From NCBI GenBank assembly GCA_032718475.1, contig JAUCBJ010004579.1:21527-85526 (forward strand): DNA of 64,000 nt. The letters are read 5' to 3'. Of the stretch, positions 10,846 to 22,713 are shown piece after piece. Within the stretch, counting starts at the first letter, position 1. The number at the start of each line of letters is the position of its first letter. Origin of the DNA: Nemertoderma westbladi (taxonomy: Eukaryota > Animalia > Xenacoelomorpha). The notes below the pieces were generated by a model. The model made no database searches. It was not told the origin of the DNA and saw nothing but the letters and a program-made list of their open reading frames with translations. The position numbers and the translations under genes are program-made.

Positions 10846-13202
10846 TATAGCCTTCTTATCAACATGCAGTAAGGGATGGCTGGTCTACGACAGTCCTTCT
10901 TGATATGGTTCAAACCAGTACATAAAAAACATGCTCCCTTATCAGCAACTATTTGCCTTTTTTCAGCTGTGGTAGCTTGAATAAATTTATAACAAGATGA
11001 TAAAAACCGACATTTTTTCTCACAAAGTGGACACTTGTATTCAACTTTAGCAGTACCTCTATCAGTATCCACTTTTGACTTGTCCCAGTTCTTAGAGTAT
11101 GAACCAGATCCCTTAAATCCTTTTGGCTTAGTCCCACTATCAGACCCTACTGCTAATGTTTGAGAAGAAAACTTTCTATCCTTTTCTTTCAAAGGTTTTT
11201 TATCATCTTTATTATTATTATGAGTGTCTTTCTTATTGTATTCATCTCTCGTAACATCTTTCCGTGCTACCAGAGTTTGCAACCAAGAAATAAATTCCTC
11301 ATATGTGGGCATTGCACCATCTATATGCTTGTCATCAACTTCCTTTTCCCATTCTTCCCGAATTTTTTCAGGGAATAATGTTTCCATGGAAGATAGCAGA
11401 AAGTTGTCAACAGTTAAATGGTATTTAGATAGATCCAACATGACATTTTGTATTGAATCACATAACTTTCGCAATGCAGAAATATTATCTTCATCAGTAA
11501 CTTTTGAAAAGTTCTGAAGTTTTTTGATTAAATGTTTTACAACAATTCTTTCCTTGCCATAAAACTTTTTAACACTTTCAAGAGCCAGTTTATAATTGTT
11601 CGCAGATATTTCCATATCAATAATACAGGTAGCAGCTTTTCCTACTAATGCCTTCTTTAAGTATGTCATTTTGTAGAAATTACTTACCTTGTCATTATTG
11701 CCTACTATAGCCTCGAATTTTGAAAACCAGCATGGAAATTCTGAATAGGAACCATCGAATTTTGGTATGTCTACACCACTAGGTAGACCACCTCGCATTC
11801 GTTCCACTTTATCGGCATCACGCTTCACTTGGGTAAATGTTTTATAGCGACCTATTGCTTGACGAAGACTATTTATGTCCTCCAGCAGTTCTGAATGACG
11901 TTGATCAATTTTTGTTATTGCAGATTTACACATTTTATGTGTAATAAATCCTTCACACTGTTCGAGACGTTTTTCTATAGAACGTAGATCGAAATCTAGT
12001 GCATTTGGATCCTTTTCATCTTCAGAGAGTTCATTTACTCTCCTAACAGCTAACCAACAGGGTTTAGCTAGACGAATATATTCATCAATTTGATTTGATT
12101 CCTCAATATCTTGTTTCCTCTGAAACATCACTGAGTTTATTCTGTGCTTCAATTGTCTAAACCGGTGTTTAAACTGCTGAAAATCTACAAATAAATCATT
12201 TTTAAGTTCCTCATTTTCCAATGAAAACAGACGCTTGTTTACAAATTTATCAGCATCCTGTAGTTCCTCAGTAGCATCATCAATACGATGCTGCCAAACA
12301 TGCACATCCATTTCATAAGGATCAATATCAAAATCCATTTCTGCATATAATTCTTGAAGATGGGACATTATTGACCTAAATTTATTCTCAATTGATTCAG
12401 CTGAATTGGATACAGAGGATAAACCACCAGAATCATTTAAAGGAGATCCCCCTTGCCCATTAATTGGAGAGGATGTACGTTGGGGTTGGGGTTTTCTGTT
12501 AATTGTTTGAAACAACAACAGTAAATCTCTGCGATCCTGTTCCCTCCGATCTCGTTTGAACAACAACAGTAAATCTCTGCGATCCTGTTCCCTCCGATCT
12601 CGTTCTCGACGTTCTCTTTGTTCATCCAGCTGCATTTGCATATTGAAGAATTGGGTCATCATAGCTGATTCCAGCGGCCCGGTACCGGTAGCAGGTCCGG
12701 TACCGGTAGCAGGTCCGGTACCGGTAGCAGGTCCGGCACCGGTGGCAGGTCCGGCACCGGTGGCAGGTCCGGCACCGGTGGCAGGTCCGGCACCGGTGGC
12801 AGGTCCGGCACCGGCAGCAATCGCATCGAATTCAGTTGTAGGCCCACCCGTTGCAATAGATAGTGGATTTGCTGCAATAGATGGTGGATGCGCTAAGGGA
12901 TCAATAATATTATATGGACTACGTTGGATTGGTGAGAAAACCTGGCTCAAATTGTAACCAGGTCGCTCAGTGGATTGCGAATCTGCAAATCCAAAATTAA
13001 AGTTGTCAATATCGTCATTACTTTGGTCTGAGGCGAGGAAGACTCTCAAGCGATTCCGTTTTTCTCCAGTAGTTCCGGAACACAAGAGACCTCTCTCTTC
13101 CAAACAACGATCCAACTCCAATGGCGTCAGATTGCCAATGTCTTCCAGAGCGGGTAAATCAGCCCGTCTGTCTGACTTCAGATAATATGGTGACTGCGCC
13201 AT
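10845..13202 (-). pseudogene. BEL/Pao gag (SAP-like N-terminus, DUF1759-like capsid, Cys/His knuckles), frameshifted at its end
   Basis: LTPLELDRCLEERGLLCSGT..RL; IPKFDGSYSEFPCWFSKFE..KMTYLKKAL; CPLC..C and CFLC...NHIKKDC. The HPLLH motif of the third knuckle is in the next frame, implying a deletion. Confidence 0.88.
12679..12815. repeat. 18-bp in-frame minisatellite in BEL gag encoding (GPATG[AT])n
   Basis: CCGGTRGCAGGTCCGGYA, about 7 copies. A separate 48-bp duplication (RDRREQDRRDLLLLF x2) lies at ~12510-12605. Confidence 0.9.
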
Positions 13203-13404
13203 ATTATTACCAGTTTAGTACCGGTACCGTACCGTTAAGAAGTAGGCCTAACGGAAACGGCCCACAATAAAAATAAACTGCAGGTCCAGATACTTCAATT
13301 AAAAAGAAACCGGTATCCGTATCATTAGGAAGTAGGCTTGACGGAAGCGGATTGCAGCAAAATAAACTGACTAGTTAATATCAATAACATTAGTTACTTG
13401 TGAA

Positions 13405-13865
13405 TGTATCGAGTTTGATAAAACTCATTTTATTAATGAAAGTAAAATCCAAGAAAAGTCATACTTGTCAACCATTCAGTCTATAATCAGTTATATTTAA
13501 TTGTTACATCTGTACATTCAGACATTTGACCATGAATCTACCGTTTGATGATGCGATGCTGATGCTAATGTTCACAAGTATTGACACATTTACATATTAA
13601 CTATAAACCGGTAACTATTGCAGTTTGCAAAAATATATATGCCTGTAGGAATTATTTCCCGCTAGCGGTAACATTATAGTGCTGCACAGTACAGCAGTTT
13701 GTAGGCTACGGTAGTGCAGTAAGTAGGCCTAAAACCAATAACAGTTAATAACCCTACAACATCAGATACAAGATCATTATACTGCATAGCTAATAATAAT
13801 AATCGGGTTTTTTAATAGTCCGCCCAGATGAAGTTTTAATCGGTCCACTATCAGACTCTGCTACA
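13405..13865 (-). repeat. BEL/Pao 5' LTR (461 bp)
   Basis: Direct repeat of 5663-6123, followed on + by TSD CCCAT. Confidence 0.97.
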
Positions 13866-15014
13866 CCCATACAAGTGTAAGAATTAAGCTCTCTCTGGCC
13901 TGTACATTTCCTTACAATCTAAAACAATAATTTATTGTTGAATTTATTATAATTAGATGCCCTTTAGGGCTTCTTGCTGTCAAAAAACATCTGTTTGTTT
14001 GTTTGTCTGTGTGTGTGCGTGCACGCACATTGATATTGGCTTGGTAGAGAACGTGTTTTACATGTTGGGATGTCAAGTATATGTGCATCTTCTTTCAATC
14101 CAATATTCCACTAATAAAGCAGTCAGCTGTAATCACAACAGCTGTCGGGCAGACTTATATTGATAAATATTTTATTAATGAAACCATTATTGAGAGAAAG
14201 CGCCCATTGTTCTGGTTTCGTAGAATATTATTATTAGGATACATGCATATTATATGCTTATATTAAATTGGTTGCTTCATAGTGATGCCGGATTTGGATA
14301 TGGTTAAATATTTGTTTATCTTTTCGCTTCAGAAACCGAATTAAGACTTAGTTTTTTCGGTTTTTTGTCTTATAGACGGTCTTCTTATAGTCTTCTTTTT
14401 AGTCTTATCTGGGAGGATAAGTCATTCCAGAATCCGACAAGGTTGCACACAGTTGACCGAGTCCTGTCATTTTGTTTGTGAAAGTTATAAAGATAATATT
14501 ATGATTGGCCAGAATGGCCAAGAAATCATATCATATGTTTTCATAAGTTGTTGCATTACTTGGTTTCCTGTTAAAAAATTAAATATAGCATTAGTGGGAG
14601 CAAGGACTTTGGTGGGGGGGGGGGGGGGGGGGGGGGGGTCTGAATAACTATGGTTTAATAATACTATAAGTTCAGTGTTATAAAGGATGACTATTAGGAC
14701 GTAGTGGTCTGGCTAAGTGTTTGTAGTGCCATAATAAGGTTTTATTAACATTAAGTAAGTTATCTCACATTTTATCACAGGGTCTATCTGAGATTTATAG
14801 GGTAGGCCTATGCTTACTAAATGGGATTCTGTCCACTACATGTATATTGGATTTTTAAGGTTACTGGTTTGCTTTGCCTCCGGGATGACTTGGTGATGGG
14901 GTTATTGACTATTGTAGCTCGGGCTTATAAGGTATGTTCTATAAGAGTCTTCAATAAATATATTTTTAATGTAAATAGGACAATATGATAATGCTCTCCA
15001 TAGCGTAAAATATA

Positions 15015-15259
15015 TTACAGTGTTATAGAAACCACTATAACCCCGTATGCCTGGCCCAGGCTGTTATTTAATAATAAAAAGTGAATTGTTGTGGGGTGAG
15101 TGACGCGTTAAATTAAATATATAATGTAAATAGGACAATGTGATAATGATCTCCATAGCGAAAAATATAAACCGGCCCTATTGGGGCTCGAACCCGGTAC
15201 CTAGGTTTAAAACTTCTGGTTATCATCAGCCGGGTGAGTGTACTGAGCTACCAGGCCGG
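15015..15259 (-). mobile_element. tRNA-derived SINE-like element, copy 1
   Basis: Minus-strand head CCGGCCTGGTAGCTCAGT (A box)...GGTTCGAGCCC (B box)...AGGGCCGG at 15172-15259, followed by a body shared with copy 2. Confidence 0.7.
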
Positions 15260-15381
15260 ATGAATATTTCGCTATGGAGTAGGAGATCATATTTAGGCTA
15301 ACTAATGACTCAAAGGAAAGTACAACTTCGTTATTCCCGTGCTCTGCCAGAAATGGCAACCATGTCTCAAAGAATAACTAT

Positions 15382-15633
15382 TATACAGTGTTGTAGAAAC
15401 CACTGTAACCCCGTATGCCTGGCCCTGGCCCAGGCTGTTAATTAATAATAATAAGTGAATTGTCGTGGGGTGAGTGACACGGTGAATTAAATATATAATG
15501 TAAATAGGACAATATGATAATGCTCACCATAGTGAAATATATCAACCAGCCCTATTGGGGCTCGAACCCGGTACCTAGGTTTCAAACTTCTGGTTATCAG
15601 CAGCTGGGTGAGTGTACTGTGCTACCAGGCCGG
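15382..15633 (-). mobile_element. tRNA-derived SINE-like element, copy 2
   Basis: Diverged direct repeat of 15015-15259 with the same A/B-box head at 15546-15633. Confidence 0.7.
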
Positions 15634-15639
15634 ATGAAC

Positions 15640-16430
15640 CTGATGATCCGAGATGCGAAGAGACCGCAAACAAATTTTGAATTTTTGCAAGGAAAACCTG
15701 AGGGTTCCATTCGTACTCAACCGATTAGTTTTGGAAGGGGGTCCACTGTCATCTGTATTTTATGGTTCCGAATCATGGTTCATAAAAGATCTTAAATCTA
15801 TTAACCGGCTCTACTTGAGTATGGTAAAGTGTCTGCTGGGCGTGTGCATCCAAACGGGCAACGACTTGTGTCTGATAGAACTTGGAATGCGAAGTGCTGA
15901 AGCGAGAGTAAGCGAGAAAGCGAGCTTCCTAGCTAGAATGAAAAAAACATCTGATAAGAAAACACCATATTTTGAGGTTTCGGATATTTGTAGTGAGGCG
16001 AACACTGCGGGGTACAGGTTCTTGCAAAATTCAGAGAGCCGCTGCTGTGAACTCCAAGGTGGCTGATCTTTTGAGATCCAAACCTCAATCTACTAAGTAC
16101 CAGACGTACTACTGGTTACTGAACCCAACGGGAGCGGTTCACCCAGTCTATAGGACTCGTAATTATATTTCAGATAATCTCCGCATATCGTTCACTCGTT
16201 TACGCTTAATCTCCCACAGCCTCCGCATAGAAAAAGGGCGATGGGGCCGACCTAGGGTCTACCTAGAGAAGACCATGTGTGTTCTTGCTACTTATCGCTA
16301 CAGGACGAGGCTCATGCTGTTCTAGAATGCCCTATCACTAACGGGTTATGATAACCTCAACGCGTTTTTCGAGTTGAGTGATTTACTTAAAATGTGTAAA
16401 GTTATAAACGAGGTAGTTGATCTATCAAGT
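15640..16430 (+). mobile_element. Decayed 3' end of an L2/CR1-group LINE ORF2
   Basis: FYGSESW..LLGV..NDLCLIELG and FTRLRLISHSLRIEKGRW motifs spread over shifted frames. Confidence 0.75.
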
Positions 16431-16699
16431 AATTAGCGAAATTAGTAGTGAGGGATTATAATGAGGTGTGGTATTGAGGTTTCCAGTTTAGTTAATTCTG
16501 TTAGAGTAGTTTTTAGGTTATAATGTTAGTGCGTTTTATCAGTTCTTTTCAGGTTTTGTTATACTCTATGTCGATATTACCAGGGACAATTAATTATTAA
16601 TGTGCAGTTTAATATCTTGGTGTCCAATATCTAATTGTCAATAAAATATATATAGAGCTTTCGCTTATCAGTATCGGTAATGGTAGCCCCAATTCCACA

Positions 16700-17130
16700 A
16701 TGGCAGATCCATTTTGTCTTACTATGTTCAACATAAAGATTCAAATTATTTAGTTCATCAGTAAGGAGATGTCTTAAACAAGTGTCTTAAGTTTTTCCGA
16801 GGTCTCGGCGCAGAGAAGAAAATCGTCGGCATAAGACACAATACCGAGCCACATCGGAGTTATATTGAACCCAGTACCATCATCATTCATATTGTACATC
16901 ATTTGTGTACAAGAAAAATAATAAGGGCGATGATAAGGATCCTTATGTAACTGCTTTGATAAGGTGTGTCCCATCCCTATCAATATAGTGGCTGAATTTC
17001 AGAAATGCCATTGTACATGTGTAATAAGTGTATAGAGTAAAGTATATGCGGATTAAAACGTGTTTTAACAACTTGTGGAACAACAATATATGGCCAACAT
17101 TATCAAAAGCTCCTATGTCGATCTGGCATT
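16700..17130 (-). mobile_element. Decayed LINE reverse transcriptase fragment
   Basis: GIVSYADDFLLCAETSEKLKTLV in ORF 16774-16983; bounds approximate. Confidence 0.6.
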
Positions 17131-17249
17131 GTCTTAGTTATTGACAGTCTTAGCTTTGAAAAAATTCAAAAATTACATGGATTGGTCTTCGTATTCCCCA
17201 CCCTCCTCTTAATATTATCAGTGATAATTGACTTTTAAAGCCTGCAGGC

Positions 17250-17336
17250 TGGTGTCCTCAGCAGTTAGAGCCCAGCAGTGACTCCCATAAAGGAGTACTG
17301 GAACTACTATGCACTAAATAAGCGGACCTAAGTTTC
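17250..17336 (-). mobile_element. ~90-bp fragment of the RTE-like family found at 34540-36185
   Basis: Reverse complement aligns to ~35697-35784 (KVRLF..VVPVLLYGS.CWALTAE). Confidence 0.75.
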
Positions 17337-17429
17337 ATATGAATTCTGTGTGATTTCAAAATCATGTCTATCCAGGTGAATGTGAAAATAACAGAACCCC
17401 TAAAGGGACATGGGTTTTCCCTTTTTTTA

Positions 17430-17715
17430 TAAGTCCAGCCCGGAGATATTATCTCCGGCCCAGAGATACAAAGTCCGGCACAGAAATACTATCTCAAGCC
17501 CTGAGATACTATCTCAGACCCGGAGATACTATCTCAACCTCAGGCCCTGAGATACTATATCAGGCTGGAGATACTACTAAGTCAAGCCTGGTGATATGGC
17601 CCGGAGACACTAAGTCCGGCACGGAGATACTATCTCAAGCCCGGAGTTACTATCTCAGGCTGGAGATACTATCTCAGGCCTGGAGATACTACTATGCCGA
17701 GCCTGGAGATGCTAA
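17430..17715. repeat. ~20-bp degenerate minisatellite (CCCGGAGATACTATCTCARG)
   Basis: About 13 units, each with the internal inverted repeat GAGATA-C-TATCTC. Confidence 0.8.
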
Positions 17716-19282
17716 TATTTTAAATCCTCATTAAATTCCGCTCTATTGTAGACGTAATAAAAAAAATTCTGACCCCTGAAATTGATGACCTGAAATTCAG
17801 GTCATCGATAATGAGGTGGCCAAGTCATCGATTGGGTGGCCAGGGATAGTGACACATTGATTTAGCAGACCCCAAAAAATGATGCCTTTCACATTGCCAT
17901 CCTCGATATTTTTGTCACTGCTGCTGCTGATCCTTATGGATTGTGTTTTTGGGTGTTGTGGTTGTTGCGTTTGCACCTGCCTCTGTTCTTGGTAGGAAGA
18001 AATGCAGAACTAGAAGTCGAGAGGGAAACCTATTCACAATCCGATGCAGGTGGGATCTTTGGTAATCTTGGTGAGATTTTTGGTGTGGTGATCTGAGTGG
18101 AGATGGAAATTTGCACAATTATTAATTTTTATTGTTTAATTTAGTTAATTATTAGTTATCTTTAATTAATTATTAGTTATTTAGGTAAGTTATATTATAT
18201 ATATGCCTCGTTTCTTATAAGAATTAAGAATTGTTGCGGTCACAATGCATCCATTCAGCGTATTTATGACTGTAATTTGTTGTGTTGGAATTGTTAACAA
18301 TATCATCATTTTATACACTGTTGCAAGTTCATCCTTGTTGCGCTCCAAAAGTTTTGCTGTATTTTTACTGCTGTTGGCATTCGCTGATGGACAACATGTG
18401 ATTTCTTTGATAATCTACAACGAATCTTACGGCAATAGTTTAATCATAACTGATGTTCCTGAAACATTTAGCTTTTGGGTAATATTTTTATGTTATATAT
18501 TAAATACTTGGAAATGGAGTAGCAGCTACATATCTATTGGAATGACGGCGGCGATAACAGTGGAGCGTTTCATTGCTACATATTGGCCTATCTTATATCA
18601 CAATAAATGGCGTTTAGCACACACAGTTGTTTTGTGTGTATTAGCTTATGGGCTTGGTTTTGGTATTATAATGGGTTCTCATTTTGATGGCTATGAAGCA
18701 AAATATGATCTTGTTTACCACCCAGTTCTAAATGTTACAAATATTTTTTACACCTGTATTTTACACTATCAACGTATCCTCAATTGGGGCATATCTTGGG
18801 TGCTCTGGGAAGCAGTTATACCGCCAATAAGTGGTAAGAGGTAATACTCCAATATGCAATAGGTGAAAACACAACAGGTAAGACAGTAAGGCCTGAAGGT
18901 ATATTGGTAATGCAATGCAGCAGTAGTGTTGCTCAAGCGTCAACTGACAGACGTACCGGTAAGATGAAGAAACCAAAACCGTAAGGCCAGATAAGTCCAT
19001 GCCAAAACTAAACTACATGTAGTAATACATAAACAGACATGAGGCCAAAGGCCCATGGCGCAACTAGTTTTTTTTCCTGTTCTTAGGTTTCAGTTCGTAA
19101 ATCTATAATACGGTTACACTAAGAACTACAAAGTTTGGATTAATACATGTTTATACATGCTACAGTTAGCACGATTATTTATACGCATAAAATTATCTAC
19201 TAATTGTTCAATAATACTTATAATTGTATAATACGTATTGTTCTATTTGATACTGGATGCTTCAGAACATGAGAGTGATAAG

Positions 19283-20740
19283 CTAATCATCAGAGTCAAA
19301 GTCGCATACATATTCCCTCAAGTAGGCTGGCGGTAGGTGTCGACGTTTGGAGCGCCGGAGTGGGGGATCCGCTTCAGCTGTCTGGTGAGGTTCAACATTG
19401 GTGAGATTTGTAGGATCGCCATCCATGCCAGGACCAATGAATGAGTAGGAACCATCATCAGAAGAGTCAAAGACATCAGTGGGTTTGGTAGGTATATGAT
19501 CATGAGAACAGTGTCCACCAGGAACCTTGTAGCATTCAGAAGTTAAAACGCGATACGAATGTTCTCGGAACTGGTTCCTAGTGAATTTTCTTAGAAAACA
19601 CCATTTCCCATTGATTGAACAAACGATATAACGAGGTCGGCTGTGTAACTTAGATCCATCTGCGTATACGTAAACAATATCGCCAACACAAATTGTTGAT
19701 GTAGGGTTGGACCTGGAACCATGGCTCTTTGAACCAACACTGGATGGATGGTTTAACTGGCGAGAAGCATGTTGGTTATGGACGATGGATTCATCATCAA
19801 CAGGGATAGCACTGGAATTAAATTGGTCTCTTTGAAAGAGAATTTCGCGTGATGAGAGACCTTGATGCCGAATTCTGGAATTTACATTGGCAATGACAAT
19901 AGCTAGGAATGTTGGGGAGATGGGACCACCTGAAGGGTTTACTTTCAACATCTCTCCTATGACCTCCTGAATAGCACGTTCGGCGATAGGGTTTTTGTTA
20001 GGATTTTTGGCATCACCAAGTTCCAGTGTGATATTATATTGCGAAAGTTTGGTATCTTTTACAAGGGAACGGAATCCTGTAGCAGGGTCTACGCGAACTA
20101 CAGCAGGGGGACCATTACATGGGCAAAAGTGAATACATAGGCGGATTAGGCCATCACGTAGACTAGTGGCAGTTTCATCAGATAAGAGACATGCGGAGGT
20201 ATATGATGTGATTGATTCACGGATGACTAATATATACTGCTTTTCACGCCGAATGACATCAGCAGCAAATGATGATCCCATATGAAGAGGGGATTTGGTG
20301 GTAGATTGTGGAATTTCACGTCTAGGGGCAGTCGCAAGCGATGCACATTGGTGGCAATTGGTAACAACAGAAGAAATAGCTGGATCAATATCAAGTGCAT
20401 AGAATGATCTAGAAAAAATTTTCTGGAGTTGGAATGAAGATGGGTGATTAAGTTGGAGATGGAGTGCAGTTAATAAGCCAATGAGAGATGGCCTTGGGAC
20501 AACAATTTGTTCTTGAGCTCCGATGAAGGGCCGTTCCCTTCTAACGACAACTAGTCCATCATGGGATAGTGAAGCTACCCCTAAGTACCGTTTTGTATCT
20601 CGAATGTTGGTCAACTTCTTTGAGGGACGGGTGCCTTGGAGTAGGTGAGCCTTAACACGATTTAGATCTGGACATTCAGACTGTGTGGTTAGCCAAGTTG
20701 AGCGAGTTGTATATAATGGATGGTCAAGATCATCATCCAT
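19283..20740 (-). pseudogene. Integrase of the Troyka-like element (frameshifted from RNase H)
   Basis: H..HP..CHQC zinc site; FAADV / RVDPATG / NPIAERAIQE DDE core; C-terminal RRSKR..PAYLREY. Confidence 0.88.
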
Positions 20741-20779
20741 CTCACAACTAGCCGTCGAGCGAATAACTGGAGATATAGA

Positions 20780-22713
20780 GGATTCATGAAGAAATGTGCA
20801 TATCTGGCGAATCGAAGGAGAGGTGCAAAATCTGGGATATTGCGACTTTGAAAGTCAGCTACCAAATTTTTTTGTCCAGGTAAATGGAGCAAAGACACTT
20901 GGTATCTAGATACGGCTGAGAGAAATGTTGTTACTCTGGGGCTGGATGAGAAATTACCACGACAAAGCTTGCCAAAGGCTTGTATGCAAGGTTTACTATC
21001 AGATAGTACCCGAGTACGGTGATGTGATTGAATGATGAAGGAGGAGAAGTGGTTCAGTGCTGAGGAGATGGCTAGTGCCTCTAACTCACATGGTAATCAT
21101 GTGACTTGGTGTACCTTTAACTTAGCAGAAAAACATCCAGCTAATAGTAGTTTATTATTACGACGTATGAAAAGCACTGCGCCTAATCCATCGATAGCAG
21201 AGGCAGCATCTGTGACAAGCCAAAGTTCATCATCAGCACTGGGCAATGTAATGGATTTGCAACTCTTTAATGCAGCTTGAGCTTTACGGAAGACAGCAAT
21301 AGAATCCTCACACCAATTAACCTTATCTTTAGACAAATGTCCAGCAGCCAGTGAATCAAGTGGAGCAACCAAAGACGCACAATGGGGGAGTACACGTGAC
21401 AAAACCTTATAGGCACCAATGAAGGAGCGTACACTAGTGACAGTTTCAGGTAAAGGGCAAGTGGCCAGGGCAGTGATAACATGTGGTGAAGCGGAGAGTG
21501 AACCAGCTGACCAGACCCATCCAAGAACACTGGTGGTCTTGGGGCAAATAACTGTTTTTGATGGTGAGAGTCTGAGGCCACATCGATGTAGAGCATCTAA
21601 GACTGCAGACCAAGTGTTGAGAACATCTGAGATGGAATTCCCACCACAATAAAGGTCATCGGCAAGTTTCACCACATTTCCAGTAATCAGTAAATCTCCG
21701 AGGATGCGGCTTGTCAGCTCTTCAAGGGCAGTTTCAGAGCCTGGCATGCCCATAGCACATCGTCGATAAACACGAACACCTCGATAAGGTGTTACAACAC
21801 CACAGAATTTCATGGAGCCTTTGCTTAATGGAATCTGGAAAAAGGCACTTGATAAGTCTGTTTTAATTAAGAATTTGAATCTTGAGATAGCTAGTAATGT
21901 GGAGTTCACATCAGGAAGTTTTGCAGGTTGGGGCTTACAATACCGCCCAACATCGGCAAATGCTGTAACTAAGCGGAAGCCTCCTCGGGGCTTCTTGACT
22001 AAAAACGATGGATTTAAATATTCAACAGTAATACCTGCATCTTCTGGAGTTGAGAAAACACCTAGTTTCTCATATCGGTCAAACTCATCCTGGAGGGTTT
22101 GCAGATTTTCACGCCCATATAAAGGGAGCCGACCTTTCCTTTGAGGAGGGGGTACCGGCCCCATGTTTACAACTGCCTCATATGGTCCAGCAGCACCATT
22201 ATAACCAGGTAATGACCCATCAAATACATCGACATAGCGGTAAAGAATGTCCTGAAATTTACTACGATCTGATGGGGATAGTAAGTTATCAGGGTCAAGT
22301 TGTAGTGAGCTGAGAATATTTTGAGTGGTGACACTGTGGTTGTCAGATAGGGAATGTGGTACCTGAGTTGGACGCAACTGACTCTCGGGAACATCTGCAG
22401 AAGGAGTAGCAACACACACATGGCTGTTGCGTTGGATACGGATTGGGTAGTTTGTTTCATTTGGGATATGAATCACATTTGAAGTGCTGGATAAACACAT
22501 TGGTGAGAACCATGGTTCGTTATTACCACTATTGGGATCAATATGAGGAGAAATATATATGTTGGGAGTATCACGTAACGAATCAGGGACTTCTAACTCT
22601 AAGGAGCTCTGGGGCCATACAATTGATAAATGAGATGGAGCCCTTAGCAGCGGTGAAGAAATTGATGTTTGACGAACAGATGTTCTATGGTGGGATGTAG
22701 GCAGGTCAGCTGA
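20780..22713 (-). pseudogene. RT and RNase H of the Troyka-like element
   Basis: [55 protein letters not shown] (W->TGA at 21097), [16 protein letters not shown]. Confidence 0.88.

Larger units (their letters stand above)
5663..13865 (-). mobile_element. BEL/Pao LTR retrotransposon, full length but with disabled ORF
   Basis: LTRs 5663-6123 and 13405-13865 (TG..CA, one mismatch seen); 5-bp TSD CCCAT at 5658-5662 and 13866-13870; PPT GGGAGGA at 6124-6130; gag-PR-RT-RH-IN order with Pao-type motifs. Confidence 0.97.

Noticed and set aside
15172-15259. Functional tRNA gene
   Set aside because: A and B boxes are present, but there is no convincing D or anticodon arm, and the head is attached to a repeated body as in a SINE.
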